Part shown: one piece after another, positions 57,237 through 64,000 of the stretch
How the letters are laid out: each line of letters opens with the position of its first letter
Position numbering within the stretch: position 1 is the first letter of the stretch
Source of the DNA: an uncultured Planctomycetota bacterium
GTDB lineage: Bacteria; Planctomycetota; Planctomycetia; Isosphaerales; Isosphaeraceae
DNA length: 64,000 nt
NCBI GenBank assembly: GCA_963823665.1
Contig: CAWGMQ010000006.1
Location: 864,001 to 928,000, forward strand
Direction of reading: 5' to 3'
Made by a program: the position numbers and the translations under genes
The notes under the pieces: model-generated
Told to the model about the DNA's origin: nothing
Seen by the model: the letters and a program-made list of their open reading frames with translations, nothing else
The model's database searches: none

Positions 57237-58172
57237 ATGATGTCTCTCGCGATAAGACCGTTAGGCGAAGCGGACCTAGACAACGCCGATCGCATCCTCC
57301 GCCTAGCTTTCAATCAGTTCCTTGGTCTCAAGCCACCGACTGACTTTTTTGGCGACTCCGACTACGTTCGAACCAGGTGGCGCACGGCACCAACAGCAGC
57401 TATCGGAGCCTATCTTGATGGTGAGTTGGTTGGGTCCAACTTTCTCACGCGCTGGGGGAGTTTCGGTTTCTTCGGCCCATTGTCAGTGCATCCAGACCGG
57501 TGGGGCGAGCGTATCGCCTCGGGCCTTCTTGAGGCGACAGTTGGAATGTTTACCGATTGGAAAACTGAGGTAGAGGGGCTTTTCACATTCGCGCAGAGCC
57601 CTAGCCACATTCGACTCTATCAAAGATACGGTTTCTGGCCTCGCTACCTAACGATGATCATGAGCAGGCCCGTCGATTCAGCGATCTCCGTGGCAAAGCC
57701 CGCGTTTGAATTAAGTATGAATGACTCCCCGGGTGTTAGAGAGCTGCGCGAATTGATGGAGGAAATTCATCCGGGGTTGGACCTTGAGCGCGAGATTATC
57801 TCCGTTCGAGAACAATCGCTGGGCCAGGCTGTCACGATCCGAGATGAGGGGCTCCTTGGGGGTATAGCGGTTTGCCATGTAGGGCCGAAGACGGAGGCCG
57901 GTGGTGACGCATGTTATGTAAAATTTGGCGGGGTTCGCCCTGGCTTTGGGTCGGGGCCCCGGTTCGACCGCCTTGTCGACGCATGCGACGCAATTGCCAG
58001 CCACAATGGTGTCAGCCGTTTGATTCTCGGAGTAAATGCAGCTTGCTGCCCTGCATACCGCAGACTTCTAGAACGGGGATTCCGCACTGAACTGCAGGGG
58101 ATAGCCATGCATAGAAACGATCTACCAGGCTATTTTCGCTCTGAATCATACGTCGTCTGCGATTGGCGATAG
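57237..58172 (+). CDS. GNAT family N-acetyltransferase (tandem GNAT folds)
   Basis: FFGPLSVHPDRWGERIASGLL; IRLYQRYGF; AYRRLLERGFR; visibly lower GC. Confidence 0.85.
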   Translation: MMSLAIRPLGEADLDNADRILRLAFNQFLGLKPPTDFFGDSDYVRTRWRTAPTAAIGAYLDGELVGSNFLTRWGSFGFFGPLSVHPDRWGERIASGLLEATVGMFTDWKTEVEGLFTFAQSPSHIRLYQRYGFWPRYLTMIMSRPVDSAISVAKPAFELSMNDSPGVRELRELMEEIHPGLDLEREIISVREQSLGQAVTIRDEGLLGGIAVCHVGPKTEAGGDACYVKFGGVRPGFGSGPRFDRLVDACDAIASHNGVSRLILGVNAACCPAYRRLLERGFRTELQGIAMHRNDLPGYFRSESYVVCDWR

Positions 58173-58310
58173 CAACCCTTGAGTACGTAATTTTCGATCG
58201 CGCATTTGCGTTAAACGAGATAATTCTGCTTCCGAGGAATTTAACGAATTGCGGTATTGGAAGCTAGGAGCTTGGGCGGATCTAATCGGCAATAACTGGG
58301 GGGCATCCTA

Positions 58311-58495
58311 TTGGAAGACTCAAAGAAGACCAAGAAGCAGTTGTTAGCGGAATTGGAATTGACTCGGCGTACGAACGCATCTTTGGAGGCCGCAATTAGC
58401 GAACTTCGAAAGAGGCAAAGTTTTGCGGAGGCACGCTATCGGAACCTGTTCAATAATGCCGATGACGGACTTTTCCAAACCAGTCCAGATGGGGT
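58311..58495 (+). pseudogene. N-terminal stub of a PAS-domain sensor protein
   Basis: KTKKQLLAELE...EARYRNLFNNADDGLFQTSPDG, cut at element copy 5. Confidence 0.7.
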
Positions 58496-58502
58496 TTCCA
58501 GA

Positions 58503-58644
58503 GGTTTCCAGACACCCATCCTTTGTCCCACGGCCCCCGCATCCATTCATTCGCGGCTCGCACGCTCGGCGGAAAACCACGGCCTCTGGTCAATTCGAAC
58601 ACGCAGAAGGCGAGTGCCCGACGCTCGGCAAACGGTGGGTGTCT
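58503..58644 (+). mobile_element. Inverted-repeat element copy 5; right arm interrupted by intron 5
   Basis: GGTTTCCAGACACCCATCC (preceded by an extra GGTTTCCAGA)...GGTGGGTGTCT; GGCATCCC resumes at 59377. Confidence 0.88.
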
Positions 58645-59376
58645 TTGCGTCAGGAAAGCTCGAGAAAGGAGGAAGTGCCTCGAAACACAGAAACCTTTCA
58701 TCGCGACCCTGCGGGTTAACGAATCCCGCCCGGCAGAGCCTGGCCGGCAGCCGGAAGCAAGTCTTGCGTGGGGAGGGGTGACCCTCACTGCGAAGCGTAG
58801 ACAGCGAGTCTCCATGCCATGCTATCGAGCCCCGAAATACTCATCGTGGGAGCCTCCGTTGTAGACACAAGCGGGGGCCGTGTCGACACGCCGCAATGGC
58901 CTGGCGTGTTCGGTCCTGCCGGGGTCCAAGAACATGGCGCAGGGACGCGAGGGTTGCTCGGGAACCTGAGAGCCCCATCCGTCTCCACTGACATTTCCGG
59001 CTCGGGAACCGGAATACCAACTCCCCGGCCCACGACCCCGCGTCGGGTCGCTGGGAGCGAACAAGACGCAAGGGTGGTATCGCCAAACGAAGGCAACGAA
59101 GTGCGGCGAAATGGGCGGACGGGAGTCGGAGTGCTCCGTAGTAGCAGTGAAGCGGGGGAATGGGCCCTCCCAGACCCTGTGGAGCGAAGGGGGTACCGTG
59201 TCGCGGACTGGAAGCCGGAACCACGCCGAGGGCATTGGACCTCAGAGCGCGTCACCGCGAGGCGACCAGATCGTGTGAGGGACAGCGACGCCGCGACATG
59301 ACGAGCCGGATGCCTTAATTGGGCACGTCCGGATCAGTGGGAGCCCTGGCGGAGCGATCCGCCAGGGCGACCCGGC
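58645..59376 (+). mobile_element. Group II intron 5 (ORF-less, 732 nt; identical to intron 4 by eye)
   Basis: Same termini; EBS1 58863-58868; D5 59303-59335. Confidence 0.92.
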
Positions 59377-59455
59377 GGCATCCCGTGTTACGATCGGAAC
59401 AACCGTAGAATGTTGCCAGTCTCGTCGTCATCGACGCCGGTTGGAGAACGACATC

Positions 59456-60076
59456 ATGCCGGATGAGTCTCATGAGCAATCGGGCGGCACGGAGGCGGCC
59501 GCGCGGCGACTGAACGTCGGCGACGCGCTCATTCTCGTTGCGGCACTCGGTCTGGGGATTTCGGGCATTCGTGATCGCATCCGAACCTTTTCCCCGCGGG
59601 CCGTTGCCTGGAGGCAGGAGTATACGACGTTCCGAAACGACCTGGCCAGCGTGCCAGCGATCAGCCAGGATGAGGCTGACTTCGCTTTTCGCTCCCTGGT
59701 CGTCCAGGTCTCCGACGAGTGCCAGGCTTGGTTTCTCGGCATGCTCGTGGGATTGACTCCCGCGCAGATCTTGCTGCGGCTGCGCCGGCCACGGCCGGAA
59801 TGGCAGTCCCTGTTGCGCCAGCCTGGTTTCGTGGCCTGCTCCGCCGCGCTCATCGGTTACCTGATCGATCAGGGGTGGGACCGGTCGATCCAGTTGGGGT
59901 TCGCGAGGTTTCCCTTCTGGACATCATTGGCACCCTTGATCGTCTGGGCAATCTTGCTTCTTGTACGGCGGTGCCGGGCGGAAAAGAGCTGGATCGACCG
60001 GCTGGGCCGCGTGCTCGGCGCCTGCTGGATCGTCGCGGGTTTCTGGTCGCAGCTCGAACAGTACTATTTCTGGTAG
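59456..60076 (+). CDS. Hypothetical membrane protein
   Basis: Several hydrophobic helices; LRLRRPRP...RQPG and WIDRLGRVLG motifs typical of planctomycete membrane proteins. Confidence 0.7.
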   Translation: MPDESHEQSGGTEAAARRLNVGDALILVAALGLGISGIRDRIRTFSPRAVAWRQEYTTFRNDLASVPAISQDEADFAFRSLVVQVSDECQAWFLGMLVGLTPAQILLRLRRPRPEWQSLLRQPGFVACSAALIGYLIDQGWDRSIQLGFARFPFWTSLAPLIVWAILLLVRRCRAEKSWIDRLGRVLGACWIVAGFWSQLEQYYFW

Positions 60077-60100
60077 GCTGGCGGATCGCCCGCCAAAAGG

Positions 60101-61178
60101 TCAGAAACTGTCAGCGCTGACCGCTTCACCGGAGCTCCTCGTGCCGAGTGCCCACCAGGTTCGCATGGTAATCGAGACTCTTCACGAAGCGCACCGAACC
60201 GTTGCAGAACAGCACGTGCGCACCGCCGGGATGATAGCTGCTGGCATTCGTGATATCGGAATGGTCGGCGTCTCGCAGAAAACACCCGGTGCAAATATAA
60301 CGGCACTGATTGAACACGAACCGGGGTGAGTTCGGTGGTACGATCGTATTGAAGAGCGTCATCGATTCAGCGCCCCACGACCAGTACCGGCCGCGGTCGC
60401 CGGTGAAAATGTTGGCGGCGGCGACTGGGGCGTTGAAGGCATCGTGGCATGCCTGAAGGTTTTGCATCAACTGATCGGGATATCGTTCGGCGGTCGCGGT
60501 ATCGGGATCGGCGAAGTGCGTTCCGACGTTGACGACGCCGTTGCCTCGGTACCGGCGCGGCTGCAAGCTTCCCGAAAGCCCCTCGGCGAATGCGATGGTA
60601 TTCGCCTCGCCATCGGTGATGTCGCTCGACCGGCACAACGACTGGTATCCAAAGACTCCCGTCGGCCGATGCGACATCGACTGGATCGTCGTGCCGGTGC
60701 TGGCGTAGTAGTTGTTCAAGCCGGGCCGGCCAGCGTAGAGGTCGTTCGGACACAGAAAAATGGAGACCCGCGTTTCGGTGGCCGTCGTGTTAAACGCCGC
60801 TTCCTGTGCATTGGCGTGCGGCTCGAAGTCGAAGTTGATCGAGTTATAAAGTGGTGTCTGGTCGAGATACTGAAGCAAAACGGCCTGTGCGCTCCAACCG
60901 CTCCAATCGGTCGGCTGGCCTTGCGTTCTGACCCCCTCGTTCATTGCGGCGCTGAATGTATTGAACGACGCGGTCACGCCCAGCGGGTAAGAACCGTGGG
61001 TCGTCTGGTAACTGTGCAGTGCTTGGGCAATTTGCTTGAGGTTGCTGACACACAAGGCCCGCCGGCTGGCATCGCGTGCCCTGAGGACGGCCGCCATCCC
61101 GATCATGGCGACCACGCCGATTACCATCAAGAGGCCGAAGAGGTCGTGCAAGGAAAAACCGCGCCGTGTGGTTCGCAT
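60101..61178 (-). CDS. DUF1559 (prepilin-like/H-X9-DG) protein (frameshift near 60180)
   Basis: RRGFSL; CVSNLKQIAQALHSY; FLCPND; DITDGEANTIAFAE; SYHPGGAHVLFCNGSVRFVK. Confidence 0.9.
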
Positions 61179-61392
61179 GGCAACCCCCTTATCCCGATCA
61201 CCAGCTCGGATCCGGTTACGTGAGCCTCGAGCCCACCGGGCCGCGAGCCTCGTCTAGAGTCGCCTATCGCGGAGCGAAAGCCGACATAGAAACCCCGCGG
61301 GCGTTGACCGCCGCCACCCTCAACTGTAACCTCCTCCTGAACCATGCCAATAGTTGCAATATGAGCAACGACAAACTAATCGCGTCCCTGTT

Positions 61393-61698
61393 TCACCTCT
61401 GCTTCTTGGCCAGCGCCGCGATGTGCTTCTTGAATTCCTCCTCGGGGAATGCCCGCAGGCTGGTGGTCCGCACGTTGCCGGCGGCACCGACGCCGAGCAA
61501 GAACGTCGTCAGCGCGATTTCATCCGGCACATCGAACACCAAGACGCCATCGTAACTTCCCTGGGTCATGTAGTACGCCTTGATCGAACCGCCGAGATCC
61601 TTCAGCGCCTTCTTTGAAGCCTCCAGCCGCTTGGGCGCGTCCTTGATGTTGCGGATGCCCTGGTCGGTGTACGTGAACAGACTGACATAAGTCGGCAT
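61393..61698 (-). CDS. GYD domain protein
   Basis: MPTYVSLFTYTDQGIRNIKD...YMTQGSYD...GNVRTTSLRAF. Confidence 0.9.
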   Translation of the reverse strand: MPTYVSLFTYTDQGIRNIKDAPKRLEASKKALKDLGGSIKAYYMTQGSYDGVLVFDVPDEIALTTFLLGVGAAGNVRTTSLRAFPEEEFKKHIAALAKKQR

Positions 61699-61813
61699 GG
61701 TCGTTCTCCCGGACGAGAAAGTGAGACACGGGTCACTGTCCGCGCGCAGCCCACACGCGCGGCGGTCGCACGCCGTCAGACTAGCCGGCGCCGTTGGCGC
61801 ACGCAAGGGTTGC

Positions 61814-62296
61814 TCATCCCCCGGCGACCTGCACGGTGATTCCGTCGATGTCCGGGAAATAGAGCCGGTTGCCCTCGCGCCGGGGTTTGAGACCCGCGTC
61901 TTTGAGCTTCTCTTCGGCCTTGTCGGCAATGTACTCGCGGATGGTGTAGCAGTAATGGTTCAGCCCAGGCTTGTCACCGCGAAACAGCGTCAGGAAGAAG
62001 TCGTCGCCGCCGCCCAGGAAGCAGTTCTCCTCACCGCTCTCTCTGACGACCTTGAGCCCCAGGTGCTTGATGTACCAGTCACGCGACTTCGGGACACTCG
62101 CAACGTTCAAGGCGATATGATTGAGCCCGGTCGCCTTGAAGGTGGCGGCCCCCGTATCGCCCTGGCTGCCTTCAGCCGCACGCGTCGTCGCCGCCAATGC
62201 GGCTCCAAGCCCTATGAGTTGAGATGCAAGCTGCCGGCGCAACAGCAGGCCGCGCTCGAAGTCCTCGATCAACGTCTCGGCGATGTCGGGTTTCAT
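61814..62296 (-). CDS. VOC/glyoxalase family protein
   Basis: LNHIALNV...SRDWY...LGL; LNHYCY; LYFPDIDGITVQV. Confidence 0.88.
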   Translation of the reverse strand: MKPDIAETLIEDFERGLLLRRQLASQLIGLGAALAATTRAAEGSQGDTGAATFKATGLNHIALNVASVPKSRDWYIKHLGLKVVRESGEENCFLGGGDDFFLTLFRGDKPGLNHYCYTIREYIADKAEEKLKDAGLKPRREGNRLYFPDIDGITVQVAGG

Positions 62297-62399
62297 GATG
62301 AGCCTCGTCTGGTCGAAGGTGCACGAGCCGAATGGATCTGAAGCACTCCCATCATGCCACTGCCGCAAGCGACGTGCCACACGCGAGGTGGCGGTGTTG

Positions 62400-62537
62400 C
62401 CGGAGTATCCCGGTGGCGTGAATGTGCTCGTCGGTGATGGGTCAGTCCGGTTCGTCAAGAGCACGATCGACGGGATGGTCTGGCGCACCTTGGGAACCAT
62501 CACCGGCGGAGAGATTGTCTCGGCCGAAGCTTATTGA
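62400..62537 (+). pseudogene. C-terminal fragment of a DUF1559 protein
   Basis: PGGVNVLVGDGSVRFVKSTI...LGTITGGEIVSAEAY with no upstream body. Confidence 0.75.
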
Positions 62538-62768
62538 GTGGTTCTGGCAGGGTAAGCGTTCCAATGGTCTGGTGCGCAGGGCGGAGCACGAATCTGCCTT
62601 CCGCCCTCTTGGAGTCGATTGACTTCATGGGATACCCGACAAATGCCTCGGTCCGCAACACCTGAGTCAACTGATCCAAGACTGCTCCGGTCGATCAGAC
62701 CGAAGCGCGCAAAGCGACCGTTCGACGCTTCGGTCGGATCGACCGACGCGCGCAATGGAGTCACTTCA

Positions 62769-62812
62769 GGGACGGAAACTGGGACGCACGGGGACGGAAA
62801 CTGGGACGCACG
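62769..62812 (+). repeat. Exact 22-bp tandem duplication GGGACGGAAACTGGGACGCACG (REP-like)
   Basis: Two adjacent copies ending ~40 nt upstream of a RAYT-like start codon. Confidence 0.85.
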
Positions 62813-62854
62813 TAGTATTGACGGGAGCCCTCAGTTCTGTGAGCAAATGTTGTC

Positions 62855-62995
62855 ATGCCAAGAACAGCGAGGGTAGCAGCTTGGGGCTTTGTCTATCACG
62901 TCCTGAACCGATCCGTCGGCAGGATGCACATGTTCCGCAAGGAGTCCGACTTCGAGGCGTTCGAGCGTGTCATGGTTGAAGCTCACCTGCGGCAA
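62855..62995 (+). pseudogene. N-terminal stub of a RAYT-like (Y1 HUH) transposase
   Basis: MPRTAR...GFVYHVLNRSVGRMHMFRKESDFEAFERVM; ends before the HUH motif. Confidence 0.8.
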
Positions 62996-63325
62996 CGTCC
63001 TCGCCAACGAGATCGCTGGTCACAAGGCGGAGCGGCGGCCGAGGGCCGGAGAAGAATGGCTTGCCGCGACCAAGTACGATGGGGTGGATGTAAAGTCGAT
63101 GCTCATCAATAAGACCAAAGTTGGTTAGGCTTCCTGCCAAGTCTGGTCCGGCAACTTCAATCTCCCCAACTGGCTGTGCCTTCAGCCCACGTATCACCGC
63201 CTCGATGTCATCCTCGACAAGTGTGGCGTTGGGTCCGACCGACTTCAACGTGCGCGACACAACCCACTTCGGCTGGCTCCGCCACGCCGCCGCGAAGTCG
63301 TGTTCCTCCGCGCCCCAACGCCTCT
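62996..63325 (-). pseudogene. Fragment of a dihydrofolate reductase/RibD C-terminal family protein
   Basis: PKWVVSRTL...GPDLAGSL...GLIDEHRLYIHPIVLGRGKPFF; both ends missing. Confidence 0.75.
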
Positions 63326-63363
63326 CGTGAAGGGAGGGTCTGCGCACACCACGATTCCCGCTC

Positions 63364-64000
63364 TCAGTCCTGGTCGAGTCGAGCCACACCATTCCCCGGC
63401 TTCGGGAACCGGACGAACACCTCCGGGTCGTGTCCCGGGATGATCATTCGAGGGTTGGTCGCGAGCTGCTTCATCCGGTCCTGCGCAGCCAGGTTTGACT
63501 TGGCGTCGAGCGTAGCCGTGATCGGCACGTGCTTGTCGAGGTTCTCGTACAGATAGACGTTGTCCGACGCCACCACCATGCGGCCCGACTTCGTATTTAC
63601 GCCCACATACTGCGACGCGAACGTGTGCTTCCCTCCGGTGTAAACCGTCACTCCGGGTATGATCTCCTTGGCGTCGCCTTCGACCAGACGAACACGGCCC
63701 TCGGTGTTCAGCTTCATCAGGGCCGAGACGTCATCCAGCTCGGTCGGCGCGGCTTTGGCGGACGGCGGCTTGACCTCGCGCGTGTAATGATTGAACTCAT
63801 CTTTCTGAATCCAGACCGTTGCCTTCGGAAACAAATCGACACCATCGAAGTGATCCGAGTGCATGTGCGTTACGATGACGTCGGTGACCTCTTCCGGCTT
63901 GATCCCGAGTCGCCCGACCGCCCGGTCGGGTCGAGTGTAGTCGGCGATCCCTTTGAACTCCTCGAAGAACTGCGGCCGATAGAACCCGGCATCGACCAGG
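63364..64000 (-). CDS. Metallo-beta-lactamase fold hydrolase (AHL-lactonase-like); runs off window end
   Basis: THMHSDH, VASD, IPGHD. Confidence 0.88.
   Translation of the reverse strand, partial: LVDAGFYRPQFFEEFKGIADYTRPDRAVGRLGIKPEEVTDVIVTHMHSDHFDGVDLFPKATVWIQKDEFNHYTREVKPPSAKAAPTELDDVSALMKLNTEGRVRLVEGDAKEIIPGVTVYTGGKHTFASQYVGVNTKSGRMVVASDNVYLYENLDKHVPITATLDAKSNLAAQDRMKQLATNPRMIIPGHDPEVFVRFPKPGNGVARLDQD

Noticed and set aside
46883..58644. Integron attC array
   Set aside because: Arms lack RYYYAAC/GTTRRRY boxes, there is no tyrosine integrase, and the intervening genes are in mixed orientations and truncated
56075..59301. Duplicated short ORFs (113-160 aa) in the ORF track
   Set aside because: Incidental translations of intron RNA and element sequence
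56054..59384. Composite transposon carrying the GNAT gene
   Set aside because: The flanking repeats are introns inside diverged elements; no transposase and no target-site duplication

Overview
High-GC, Planctomycete-like accessory region. The assignment rests on LExRxLLS-type extracellular proteins, long ECF sigma factors, DUF1559 and kinase-FGE fusions, consistent with Isosphaeraceae/Singulisphaera relatives (inference). Many genes carry single-base frameshifts, probably partly long-read indel errors. The first ~37 kb holds secreted beta-helix proteins, a broken fatty-acid oxidation gene, methyltransferases, a STAND-TPR protein and a surface-glycosylation cluster with a duplicated, unrecognised Cys-rich domain. 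An IS110 with an upstream non-coding (bridge-RNA-like) region lies at ~40.1-42.0 kb. The standout is a nested mobile-element system at 46.8-59.4 kb. A ~145-bp inverted-repeat element (arms CAGACACCCATCC / GGTGGGTGTCTGNCATCC) occurs five times in the same orientation and is the landing pad for group II introns. One RT-encoding class-E-like intron and two identical 732-nt ORF-less introns sit in its right arm (EBS1 AGACAC pairs with exon GTGTCT). A sister ORF-less intron has EBS1 TGTCTG, matching the left arm. That intron is itself split in domain 6 by an HNH-encoding CL1-like intron whose EBS1/EBS2 match the host's D5-D6 junction (a twintron). Stuttered repeat ends, N-terminal stubs of RAYT-like Y1 transposases and genes truncated at repeat boundaries surround the system. 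All assignments come from reading the sequence; no database searches were run.
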